From contig OZ024743.1 in assembly GCA_964016885.1 (NCBI GenBank), positions 153,450,001-153,514,000 on the forward strand: a stretch of DNA of 64,000 bases. Reading direction: 5' to 3'. Below, piece by piece: positions 52,264 to 64,000 of this stretch. Every line of letters starts with the position of its first letter. Position 1 is the first letter of the stretch. The position numbers and the translations under genes were made by a program. A model generated the notes under the pieces. The model ran no database searches. It was not told the DNA's origin and saw nothing but the letters and a program-made list of their open reading frames with translations. This stretch comes from Eledone cirrhosa. Lineage: Eukaryota.

Positions 52264-54204
52264 TTACCTTACTTCTCGTAGAGGAAGGATGGTTTCTCCA
52301 TCCTTTTCACTGCCCGTGGTCTCCTCCGGAAGGATGTCCTTATAAATGCTCCTGGAGAGTGCTTGTCGGAAATCTCCGATGTCTTTGGGGAATTTTTGTT
52401 TTAGTGTCGTGTACATTTTCTGTGTGATGCGAGTGATTTGTATGTGTGGAGGTGGTGTGAACTTTTGGGTTGTTGTGTAGTATTTTTCTGTGATGCTGGT
52501 GTTGTATTGGATGTAGTGTAATAATTGGTTGTTGTTCAAATTTAATGCTGTGTAGTGTGTATCGTTTTGGTTGTTTTGTTTGCGTTTGTTGTGGGTTTGT
52601 TTCTGTTTCGCTTTTTGGTGACTTTTGTGGTGTTGGTGATGGTGGTGTTGGGGTTACTGGTGGTGATGGTGTTGGTGTTTGTGGTGATGGGGTTGGTGAT
52701 GCTGGTGTGGATGGTGGCATAGCTGTACTAACTTTTTTGTTTGATAGTTTTTTTGTTTCCCTCTGTATTTTGTTTTTGGAGGGGGAAGGAAGAGAATTAT
52801 TTCTTTTTTGATTTCTTTTTCTTTCTTTCTTTTTTCCTGATACCGTTTCCCACTCCTCGTCGTCACAATCTGTCTCCAGTTGCGATAGGTCGGGGAGTGG
52901 AAAATCCTCCACAGGCGTCGCTTTTGGTTGTGGCGTGGTGGATGGTGTAGGCGCTGGTGCTAGTTCTGAAGCGTTGGGTGGTTGTGGTGTTGGTTTTACT
53001 ACTGTTGCTGGGGTTGTTGCTGTTACAGTTGCTTCTGTTGTTGCTGCTACAGTTGTTGCTGCCATTTCTGCTGCTGGTGGTGTTGATGGTTGAGTCACTG
53101 GGGTGGGTAAGAGAGGTGGCTTCAAACTTTTAGCCTGAGGGCAGAAAGCCCTTAGGTGGGTTCCTTCACCACAAACGACACACCTAGGTCTTCTGCCCTC
53201 GACGAATACGGTGAGGTGGCTGCCGTAAGTGAGGTTTATTACCTCTGATATCCCCTCAATGCTTTTTTGGTCCGCTTGGATCAGGAGCTCCATCCCAGAT
53301 CCGGACCAGTTATCCTGCTTTTCTTTCGCTATTTCGATTATCTTGGTGTTGGCTTCGATGCCGGCGAGGACGGCAGCCATTAGCCAGGGAATTTCGATGG
53401 CCGGTGGAACGTGGGTCACCCTGATCTTCACGAGTCTCTGGCCACAATAGCTTGGGACGAGTGTGAAGTCGTCACATATTAATGGAGCCATGGAGTGTTC
53501 TCTGGCCTCCTGTGGTGTTTCAAAGAACACGTCCACGGTACCATATTTCTGCCCACGTCTGATGTGGGTTTTTTTTGCCCACACATGTCCCAAAGCTTTT
53601 TGGATTTGGGACTCGGATGCCCGCTCCACTCGGCGCGATTTTATGTTAATCGTCCGATAAGACACGGTGCATAGGCGCCGATGCTCCATTTTATTAGGTG
53701 GGGGGCGGGGATGACCCTGTACCCATCTTTCTTTACCATTTTTTTTACTTCTTCTAATTCCTCCTGAGTTACCTGGAATGCTTCGCATTGTTTTGCTACT
53801 CTGGCAAAACTCAGGGTGGTTTTCTTAATTTCATTGTTGCTGTTGTTGTTATCGTTATTTTTGTTATTGTTAATTTTAGTTTCAGTTGTGGTGGTGGTGG
53901 CGTCAGTGGTGTTCGGTGTGGAAGAGTTCATTTTGGTTGAATTCATTTCGATATCACGAGTTAATTTATTTTTTTCTTTTGTTTCTGTTGTCGCTGTGGT
54001 GGTGGTGGGGGTGGCGGCTTTAACACCTGCAGTCATTGGTAATGGCGGGAAATGAATGTCTACCTGAGACAAATTTAAAATATTGCTACTGCTTATATTT
54101 TTAGTTTTGGCAAACGTAGTAATATTTACAATGGTGGTGTCGGTGTAAGGTTTTAGTTTGTGAGGAAGGCTCTCAGCTACTGGGTTCAGCTGTGAGTCGG
54201 CCAT
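52264..54204 (-). pseudogene. Tx1-type ORF1 (gag-like), split by frameshifts
   Basis: Segments 53641-54204, 52340-53788 and 52264-52539. Features: SFARVA motif, zinc knuckle CVVCGEGTHLRAFC, EEWETV..KKK and a Pro/Thr-rich tail. Confidence 0.8.
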
Positions 54205-54421
54205 GATTTTTCAAAGAAACTTTTTTTTGTTTGATAATTATAAAAAGTTTAAATTTTGGGCTCAAGGCCCCAATCTCTTTGAGTGTCCTTTTCAGAAAAC
54301 AATGTATGTGCACTTATATACATTTAACAATAAACATTTTCCATAAATGGCAATTTTAAACAACTGAAAATAACAAACCTTTGCGGAGCTCACGATAATA
54401 CGATTTACTACATAGGTCGCC

Positions 54422-54468
<47 letters not shown>
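54422..54468. repeat. (AAT)n microsatellite
   Basis: Seen directly. Confidence 0.97.
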
Positions 54469-54706
54469 GGGAAGAAGACGCACGTGGTGGATAGAAGGTC
54501 ATGAAATCGTTCCCGTAAGTTTTTGATTTTTAACATATTTAAAACTATTGTGACATAACAATTCTTAGTACAAATGATACATAAAGCACCATACTCAACT
54601 CTCAGAAAATTCGGATCCATAATATCATGTTATATCGCTAAAATATTCAATTTTGTATTATAAATTTTATATTCAATAAAGAAAATGGTTATAAATGGAA
54701 GAAAAC

Positions 54707-54847
54707 CCTCTCTGTCTACACTATATAGAGCAACCAAATAACAGCAATTTCACCAACACCACAAACTAGATACACCACCTATCCCATCACTCTGTGTACA
54801 CTAAATACAACAGCCAGATAACGGCAATTTCACCACCACCACAACCA
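54707..54847. repeat. Diverged tandem duplication (~83-bp period)
   Basis: CTCTGT.TACACTA.ATA..CA.CCA.ATAAC.GCAATTTCACCA.CACCACAA occurs twice. Confidence 0.75.
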
Positions 54848-55359
54848 ATCCCAGCATAATAATAATAATTACTATTATTGTATCTCAAGTTTTCTCAAAA
54901 TGTTTAATTCAAATATTAAGGTAATATGTCAACACATATATTAAACATACGCGACAAACCGCATAGATACACAGATCAAACAAACGCATACTACTACAGT
55001 ATATTCAACAAAACTCAGTAACGCACCGCCATCACTATAGCCACCGCCGCCACCACTCCATCATTGCTACCACTATCCCATCATCGCCGCCACCACTCCT
55101 TCATTGCTACTACCACTATTCCCCCATTACCTTCTGTTAACTTAAGAAAGGGGAAGGTGGCGGTATCACTATACAAGGGAGAGGCTAGCAAAATATATAA
55201 ATAGATTGACTTAGTGACTCGGTCAAACGTCACCGACTATGGCACTGCTGGTTCCCCCCTTTGCCAGAAACAATTGAAAAAGCCCCAGCGGCACCACCGA
55301 CATTGCCAACAACAATAACAGGCAACTTCAGCAAAAAAGTATATTATAGTTTTAATAAT

Positions 55360-58300
55360 AATTCATTCTTAAGCCACGCAGTGCTCACATTAAGGAACCA
55401 CTCATGATAATAACTATTTAAAAAACAACAAAAAAGAAAACCCCTTGACCAAGAAATACCGGGATGGCGGCCGGCGGGGAATAGCCGTGTCTCTAGGGTG
55501 GACGGCCCCTCTAGTCTTGGTTGACACTCGTTCTAAAAGTGGTAACACGAAATGATTACCCCTTGGCGGTTAAGGATAAAACGCGACAAAATAATGTAAA
55601 TGTCAAATTATAAAATCTCATACCGGATCGGCCGTCAGCCGGGTAAAAAAGGGCCGCGTCCCTCAGAAAGGAACCAGACTGGGGTCGAAAAATCAGCTAA
55701 TGGTTCAAACCATCCCATCAATTTGGAGCTGGAGACCTCCCATAACCAGAATACTCCTACTGTTGGCCCTCCATGCTCACCACCTAGAAAGCCAAAGAAA
55801 AAGAGAGAAAAACGGTCAAGAGAAGACAATAAAGAAGTCCTTGAGGCTTTCTACACTGCCATGTACTACCCATCAAATAGATCGAATACAGAACAGACAT
55901 ATATAAACTGGAAAAAGAAACATCCCGAAAACAGAGACTATATAGACAGTAACAAACTAGCCAATATACGAAGAAATATTGTTAAAAAAAAGTTACTACC
56001 TGATATAGAAATTGATCAGATCAAGCTATTAGCACAAAGCCACCGAAGGGAAAATGAAACATGTGTCAGTGAAAACGAGGTACATTGTAACACTTCGAAT
56101 CCCAGGGTTGGGGCGGAATCACTGACAACAGAACAAATTAAAGAAAGGATCGAAAAAGTGGAGGGAGTGCATGCTCAAGATGAAACTCAAAATGAAAACA
56201 ATGAGATCGTAAATGATAAAGAAATGAATGAGAATGAACTTGCCAACTTGAAGTATGAAATTATGATCGAATGGATGAAAATGAAAGAATCTGACATGGG
56301 GGAACGGACACCCTCCCTAAGATCCAGAACTCCAAACAGAACCAAAAAATAATACACAAGACTAACATAATTCTCAAAAACATTATCATCACAAACAAAC
56401 TAAACATTACTGATTTAAATCATCTCTATTATGCATCGGCTAAAGTCGCCACTCACTTATGTGGAGTGAAAATGAAAAAAACAAAGGTATCCCCAGAAGA
56501 AACCTACTTGGCAAGAGAACATCAATCGCCAAATAAACCTTCTCCGATCTGACATAGAAATTTTAACAAGCTACAAAGTAGGTGAACATGTTAAACAAAC
56601 TAAACTTAGAAAATTGAAAAGAAAATACAGTATAAAATCAACAAGTGACATAGACATGCTGATAGAAACAATCAAGCAAAAAGTGTCGGCCAAAGCGGCT
56701 TGTATAAGACGCTTTTAAAAACGATCTAGATTCTATAAGGACAATAATATGTTAAAAAACAACCAAAGAAATTTCTACAGAAAAATTGGCAAGTCAACAA
56801 TAACTGCTAAATCAATACCACCCAAGGAGGAAGTGCAAGAATTCTGGGCCGAAGAAAAAGTTCATAATATACATAGCCTATGGATAGACAGACAAATGAA
56901 AGAAACAGCTTACCTTGAGGAACAAACATGGGTAAATATAACAGTTGAACAGTTGCGTTTCCAGCAAATGGAAATCCCCGGGAAAAGACAAAATACAAAA
57001 TGTTTAGATAAATGCCTTCACAGAGTCTCATGAACCCAACTTTACAATGAAATTGTTAAGGAGCCAGAAAAGATACCATCATGGCTTGTTAACGCCATTA
57101 CATTCCTACTTCCGAAGAATGATGAAACAAACAATCCCCAAAATTACAGACCGATAACTTGCTTGACCACAATGTATAACATTTTAACATCAGTCCTAAA
57201 TGAATATACATATGATCACCTGATAACAAATGATCTATTTCCCAATGAGCAGAAAGGGTGTAAACGAGGCTCATATGACTGTAAAGATAAGCTTTTGGTT
57301 AACAAAATGATACTGGAAGATTGTCATAATAGACACAAAAATCTATCAATTGCTTGGATAGATTACAAAAAAGCATTCGATAGTTTGCTACACAGTTGGA
57401 TTGAAAAATGTTTAGAGATTTTCAAAATATATCCCGTTGTCAGGAGGTTCCTGTCATTCATTCTGAAGACATGGAAAACGACACTCCTTTTGAATAGTGA
57501 AAAAAAAACCACTGGAAGTTGGAGAAGTTAATATTAATTTTGGAATTTTTCAGGGTGACTCTTTATCACCGCTTTTATTCTGCATCGCACTTATATCATT
57601 AAATAAAATGCTCAATGAAACAAAACATGGATATAAAGTCTATGACAAAACCATTAATCATTTGTTCAACATGGATGACCTGAAACTATTTGCAAAAAAT
57701 GATGAGCAATTGCAAGGGCTATTATCCACTGTGAAGCAGTTCAGCGATGACATTAAAATGGAGTTTTGGATTAGATAAATGTGTCAAAGCAACGTTCACC
57801 AGAGTAAAGCTGTTGAGAAGTTCAGACGTTAATCCTGATCGGGGGAATGTGATAAGAAAACTCGATCAAGAGGAAACTTACAAATATCTAGGTGTTTGTG
57901 AGGGAGACGGAATCAAGCACGCGACAATGAGGGAAAGGATAAGGAAGGAATGTTACCGCAGAGTAAGAACGGAATTGAATGCAAGGAACAGGATCGATGC
58001 CATAAACACGCTTGCCATACCAGTAGTAACCTACAGTTACAATGTCATCGACTGGTCAAGCACAGAGATCCGTAGGCTCGATACAAAAATTAGAAAATTC
58101 TTAACCATGCACCGAATGCATCACCCTAAGGCAGATATAGATGGAATATATCTCCCTAGGAAAGAAGGAGGACGTGCGTTAATCCAGTTAGATACAACGT
58201 TGAAAACTGCAACAATTGGATTATCTACATATCTAAGGGAATCACATGATTCGATGATCAAACTCGTTTTGAAACATGAAAGCAACAAAAGATCATATTC

Positions 58301-59340
58301 CATTACAAAAGATGCACAAAGATACAGTAATGGACTACACATTTCAGAAGTCCCATTTACTGCTGAAATGAAAAACACAGAAAAAGCAAAGCAGGTAAAA
58401 GTAATTGCAAAGAAAGAACTGCTACAGAAACTGGCTGAGAAATGGCAAGAAAAGCCTCTGTATAGAAAATACCCAGAAATAGCTAACAATCCTGATGTTG
58501 ACAAAACTTTAACCCATCAGTGGTTGGCATCCTCTCTGACTGAAATCGGAGACTGAAGTACTAATTATATCAGCACAAGATCAGTGTCTGCCAACAAAAA
58601 AATACCAAAGCCAACATAATAAAAAATGGGTGCAACCCATTATGCCGTGTATGTAAAAAACTATCAGAGACCATTGATCATATAATTTCAATGTGCAGTC
58701 CTATAGCTCCAACCGAATACCTAACCAGGCATGACAGAGCTGCACAATACATACATTGGATAATGTAAGCATTTTGACCTGCCCCATCAAAAGTATTGGT
58801 GGGAGCATCAACCACCTCCCATACTTGAAAAAGATCACATCTCAATCTTGTAGAACTTTAGCATCTAAACAGACCGAAAAATAGATGCAGATAGACCTGA
58901 TATAATACTGAAGGACTTTAAAAAGAGGGTATGCCTGCTAAATGATGTGTCCGTTCCAATAGACAAGAATGTATCTATAAAAAAAATTGAAAAATAGAGT
59001 AAGTATAAGGACCTGGAGAGAGAAATTGGAAAAATGTGGAAATTGAGAACTAAACCAATACCAGTGGTTGTAGGCGCTCTATGAATGATACCTAAGGGGT
59101 CTAATGATTTCTTATCGCAAATCCCAGGAAACCCGCGTATAGGAGAAATACAAAAGATGGGAACTGCCCATTTACTAAGGAAGATTCTGTCAATATAAGT
59201 ACATCACAAGTCTAAACACCTAAAGATGCATGTGTGTGTATGTTTGTTCTTTCTTGAACACGGCGGACCTTGTTTCTTGAGGTCACTGGTTGTGACATGG
59301 TGATAACTCGTATGAACATAAAGCATAATAAATGCAACTG
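55360..59340 (+). mobile_element. R4/Dong-clade non-LTR retrotransposon (RLE type), near full length, ORF disrupted
   Basis: Single long ORF in pieces from 55600: NYRPITCL, EQKGC, WIDYKKAFDS, GIFQGDSLSP, NMDD and YKYLG. It continues with a CCHC finger CRVC..ETIDHI..C, RHD and the RLE RPDIIL..D.SVP..K..KY. Ends in (TAA)n. Confidence 0.93.
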
Positions 59341-59395
59341 TAATAATAATAATAATAATAATAATAATATTAATAATAATAATAATAATAATAAT
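59340..59395. repeat. (TAA)n microsatellite shared as tail by two convergent retroelements
   Basis: Seen directly. Confidence 0.95.
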
Positions 59396-62300
59396 GTTTT
59401 CTTTATTAACCACAAGGGTTTACATAAAGTAGACATTAAGGACAGTACAGGACAATACAGGACGGTACAATTGGGCATTTCTGCGTGTAAAAAACAAAAA
59501 CAGAGGATGTAATAAAAAAATAACAATGAAAAATTCCTCAATAGGGGGGGAGACTTCGCAGGGACATTTGTGGAGAAAGCCAGGTAAAAGGCCACAGTGA
59601 CCTGACCACGAAGGCAAGTGCCCTCTCACAGTTTTCCACCTTTAATTTACAGATACGTACTCAGAGTAGGCCCATTCACTCGGGCCATTCTTGCTTCTCT
59701 CACCCATCTTTCAAAAAAATGTTGGGAAGAGAGCACTTCCCTCTCTACTCTGATTTAACTTTTCAAATGAAATTTGAAAAAGTCAATCAGGGCATCACCG
59801 AAGAGGTAAGTGCTCGTCTTCAGCCCTTTCAAACGTATCCACCATACTATCTCTTTCGCCATGGCCACCAGACAGATAAAAAGTGCCTGCCCTCCCGGCT
59901 AAAGGAAGAGGGCGGGTCAATCCTCCCGATGGACTCAGATGATAGCCGGATCCGTCCTACACGCGACAGCAGGTGTTCGACATAAACCCACAAGTCAGCA
60001 ATTTTCGGACACTGGACGAGTGCGTGCAGGACGGTTTCGTCGCCCTGTGCGCATCTCGGACATGCCCGGCTGACGGCACCTCCATGCTGTAGAGTTTATC
60101 CCGAACTGGCAAGGCTCCTCGGTAGCACTGCCAGGCCAGGGATTTCTGGAAGTTGTCCATAGGTCCCGGCCCGAAAGTTCTTCCGAAGAGATTGGCTAGT
60201 TGATTTTCGTCGACGCCTAGAGTTTCCCCAAGTACGTCGTCGCTCTTCCCCTCCACCAATCCTCTATATAACGCCGAGGTGGAGTTATCACCGATCACAT
60301 TGCCCAATTGGTCGAGGGCTGTTAGCGCCTGAAGACATTCCAGTCTCCAGCCGCTCCCTCTCGTCTTCGCTTGACCCAGGACTGCAGCTCCGTCAAGGAA
60401 ACGAGCTGGGGAAATACGTGTCTAGCAAACGGCGACCAGACCTGATCACCGTCGAGGAAGAGGTGGAGATGTCGTAGCCTGAGCGCGTGTCTACGCATCA
60501 TCAGCCACGGCATTCCCAGCCATCCACATAGCGGGTGTTGAAAGCAGATGGACCGCCTGACCATCGGAGCGTGTCCCTTCCACAAAAAGCGAAAGAGCAA
60601 ACGCTCCAGCGCAGTCAGGCGGGGCTTAGGACAAGGTACGACGGTCAGGCGGTAGCAGATGACAGACGCAATGTACGCGTTAGCCACCTCCGCTCGACCT
60701 TTCAGGGATAGCTTCCTCTCCGCCCATTTCTGGGTGAGAAAAGCCACCCTGCTCGTCACCTCGTCCCAGTTTTTCTCCGTCTGGAGGTCCGGACCGAACC
60801 AGACCCCTAGTAATTTAACCGGTCCGTCCGTCCAGCGTCCGACGACGCTGTTGGACGGCATGGACCTGCCTCTCCAGGTGCCGAGCTGCAGGCCCACTGA
60901 CTTTTCCTGGTTGATCATTGCTCCTGTCACCGCTTCGTATTCTCTTAGTGTAGTGCCGATCGCCTCGATGCGTTTGGCGTTCGACACCACTACGGTGACA
61001 TCGTCCGCATATGCTGACACGGATCTTCCGCATCCTAGTTCGCGCGGGACACGCCTCAACGTCTCCAGTTTGTGCAGTAATGGCTCGAGAGTCAATACGT
61101 ACGAGAGGGACGAGAGGGGACATCCTTGGCGGACCGAGCGCATGATGTTGAACGGTTCTGAATGGTGACCGTTCACTCACACCACAGAGCAGATGTCGCT
61201 GTGCATGGCAGCGATCCAGCCTCTGAAGACTGGCCCAAATCCAGCCGCCCTCAGGACTGCCACTAGGTATCGAAAGCTTTCGACTGATCTAAATTGATCA
61301 AGGACCCACTCGTGCCAGGTTCCTTAGCTACCCTCTCTACGATGTATCGCATGAGGTGGAGGTTGTCGTGGATGGATCTGTCGGGAATGGCGCATGTCTG
61401 CGCCTCTCCTACCAGACCACCAACGACAAGCGTCAACCTCTTTGCTAGCAAAATCTTGAACTCTGTGTTTAGCAGAGTTATAGGCCTGAAATTATCTATG
61501 TTATCCCCCTTGTTCGGATCCTTTCTCAGCAGTGCCACCGGAAATTCTGGTCTCGCTGATTGTCACCACATCTATGTTTAGTGACCTGAGATCTTTAAGC
61601 AGGTGACCCTGCTTCCAAGATGACCCCAGGCCACGTACATTTATACTGCCTATTCTAAGTATGGCCATGTTCGGGTGAGGAATGGAGTAAGTGAGAAAGG
61701 ACCTCCTACCCTGATCGTGTGGAAAAGGGACAGTCCCCTTTGGCTGGTCATGGGTGTCTCCAAGATGATGTCGGTGTATATCCTCTTGGTAACCGACCCT
61801 CTGAAGCCTCCAACCGCGTTGGGGAATTTTTTCTTTTAAATGTTTATAATGTTCTATTTTAATTTCAATAGTGTTTATATTTTTTCGGGAATGTTCTTGG
61901 TGTTGGTGGTGTGTAGTAATTTTTGTCTTTAATGTCTGTGTGATGGTTTATATGTTCTAAGAGTTCTTTATTTGCCATGTCTATAGCTGTGTAATGTTTT
62001 GCGGGGTATTTGGTTTGGTTTGGTTGCTGTTTTCTTGTTGCTGCTATTGGATATATTTGGCTTGTTGGGTTTGCGATGTTGGTGTTTGTGGTGATGCTGG
62101 TGGTGGTGTGGCTGTTGTTGGTGGTGATGCTTGTGGTGGTGATGGGGGTGACGTTGGTGCGAGTAGCCTTGCAGCCTTTACCCCTCTTTTTTGCCTTCAC
62201 TTTTGGAGGGTGAAGCTAAGTGGTTCTTTCTTTTTTGTTTTTTGTGGCAGACCGTTTGCCACTTCACTCCCGGCTCAGACTCCATGTACGATTCCGTGGC

Positions 62301-63800
62301 GTCTGGGAGGGGTATGTGCTCCACGGCTGTTGGTGGTGGTAGTGGAGCCTTCTCCACAGATTATGTTGCTGGTGCAGCTACTGCAAATGTAGCTACTGGC
62401 GTTGCCGCCACTGCTGCTGCTGGTTTAGTTGTCCGTGGCCTTGGTATGAGTGCCACGGACGTTGCCCTCCTACTCACCCTGAAAGGATCTTCTGCCTTTG
62501 TTGCCTGCCCTGCTCCTGGTAGCAGCAGACCAGGCATTGGAAGGAGGGGAGGCCTTCTTTTTCACTGTCTTATGTGGGCAAATGGCCCTGAGGTGACCCT
62601 TTGACCCACAGAGATAGCATTTTGGGCGCCTTCTTTCCACGCTTGTAGGAAGTTGGAGTCCTTCTTCGAGGTCTATGATATCGGGGATAGCGTCAATACA
62701 CTCCTGGTCAGTTTGTATTATCATTTGCATGCCTATACCTGACCAGTTCTCTCTCCTTATTTTCTCTACTCGCAGCATGGTCGTCCTGTCCGCGATTTCA
62801 GCAAGGGCAGACGTGACCAGCCAAGGTATGGGCACGTCGGACAGGACCTGGGTCACTTTGACCCTCACAATTTTCTGCCCACACTAGGAGGGCACCAATA
62901 CTATCTCTTCGCTCTTTAAGGTTACCAAAGAGTGAGACTTCGCCCCCTGGTGGGTGGCAAAAATTATGTCTACTGTGGCATATTTTTTTTGTTGGGTGAT
63001 GTGGGTTGTGCACGCCTTGACGCACCCCAAGGCCTTTTGGATTTGAGCCTCGGTGGCTCTCTCCACCCGATGTGATATTTTGTTTACAGTGCGGTAAATT
63101 ACCATCCGTAACTGCTGGTTCTTGAAATAATCGGGTGGAGGTTTCAGGGAGACTCGACTGGCCTTTCTTGTCACCATAGCCCTTGCGACTGCCATCTCCG
63201 CCTCCGTGACTAGCACTATTTCAAAATTTTGGGCCACACCTGCAAAAGAAGTGGCCCCTTTTTCAGTGGCACCACTATTGCTGCCGCTACTGCTGCCACT
63301 GGTCTTGCTGTTGAGGCTGAGATCGCGGTTACTGGTATTGATGTCATTGTTGCTGTTTTCATTGGTACTGTTGCTGCTGTTATTGTTGTAATTGTTGTTA
63401 TTTTCGTTGATACTGTTGCTGTCATTACTGTTGTTGTGGCTGTTGTTATTATTATTGTTTTCGTTGATACTGTTCCTACTGTTATTGTTGTTGTGGCTGT
63501 TGTTATTGTCATTGTCTTTCTCGACCTTATCTCTGTTATTTTTGCTGTTGTTGTTGTTATTGATGGTGTTAATGTTGGTATTGTTCGTGTTAGTACTATT
63601 TGGTATTTTTAAATCTGAAACAATATCATTAAAAATGATATTGTTTCTCTCTTCCTTCGTAATATTTACTTTCGTATTCACCTTCGTTAGAATGCTGTAT
63701 TGTTGACATATTGACATAGTCTCCCCCTCTCTGAGTTTTCTGACAGTGCTTTCTCTCTTTTTTTGTGTTATCTATGTTTGTACGAATTTTTTTCAAATAA
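59396..63800 (-). mobile_element. Second Tx1/L1-clade element with an internal deletion of most of the endonuclease
   Basis: ORF1 pieces (62884-63717; 62470-62868 with CYLCGSKGHLRAIC). The APE start (SINVRGLG..ISETRIS) is fused at ~61540 to RT (NFRPITLLN, LDQSKAFD, RQGCPLS, YADD, KLLGV). The C-terminal Cys region and 3' UTR run to 59396. The 5' boundary is tentative. Confidence 0.9.
60322..61176 (-). CDS. Tx1-type reverse transcriptase core fragment
   Basis: VRQGCPLS, SAYADDVT, INQEKS, KLLGVWF, WAERKLSLKGR and FLWKG. Confidence 0.85.
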   Translation of the reverse strand: MNGHHSEPFNIMRSVRQGCPLSSLSYVLTLEPLLHKLETLRRVPRELGCGRSVSAYADDVTVVVSNAKRIEAIGTTLREYEAVTGAMINQEKSVGLQLGTWRGRSMPSNSVVGRWTDGPVKLLGVWFGPDLQTEKNWDEVTSRVAFLTQKWAERKLSLKGRAEVANAYIASVICYRLTVVPCPKPRLTALERLLFRFLWKGHAPMVRRSICFQHPLCGWLGMPWLMMRRHALRLRHLHLFLDGDQVWSPFARHVFPQLVSLTELQSWVKRRREGAAGDWNVFRR

Positions 63801-64000
63801 ATTTTACATAATACGACACCCCTTAAAGGGGTACCGTATTATTTATGAATGAACCTGTAGTGACCTACATTCTGAGGGATCATGGTACATTCTCCATACG
63901 TTGATTAGCTCAGTTCAGCCAATCGCTACCAGCGTAGGGAGATGTATCTCGACTTCCATACAGAGGGAACAGTTCCCGCTTCTTTTCGATAAACATTCTC

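Larger units (their letters stand above)
51142..54421 (-). mobile_element. Tx1/L1-clade non-LTR element: ORF1 plus APE endonuclease, 3'-truncated (no RT)
   Basis: ORF1 (frameshifted) carries a CCHC knuckle and ORF2 an APE domain. Homology stops at ~51142. The 5' boundary is tentative. Confidence 0.88.

Noticed and set aside
52545-54055. Plus-strand ORFs over Tx1 ORF1 (also 60659-61168, 61994-63706, and antisense ORFs over RTE, Naiad and Dong)
   Set aside because: Antisense shadows of retroelement coding sequence.
63840-64000. Possible PLE endonuclease tail on the minus strand (SGNCSLCME)
   Set aside because: Too short and cut by the window edge to support a call.

Overview
AT-rich animal genomic DNA. 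The repeat repertoire (RTE LINEs with (GAT)n tails, tRNA-headed SINEs, long (TA)n tracts) suggests a cephalopod such as Octopus; this is inference. No intact host gene is recognisable, so the window looks intronic or intergenic and is dominated by decayed mobile elements. These are: several RTE-clade LINE copies, two SINE families, Penelope-like elements (PLEs) of Naiad, Neptune-like and Poseidon-like type, a non-autonomous Helitron, a Chapaev3-like DNA transposon, R4/Dong elements, two Tx1/L1-clade elements and a decayed tRNA-Arg(UCG). The most interesting layer is RNA-structural. There are two canonical type I hammerhead ribozymes and at least six degenerate or variant ones tied to PLE terminal repeats. 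There is a young 583-bp retrozyme-like PLE derivative, and a Naiad derivative that has lost its endonuclease, gained a ~165-aa insertion and carries a shortened hammerhead core in both pLTRs. Fold-back palindromes recur at retroelement/(TA)n junctions, including a 562-bp near-perfect one. Most short ORFs in the supplied track are microsatellite or antisense artefacts. All calls are by eye; no searches were run.
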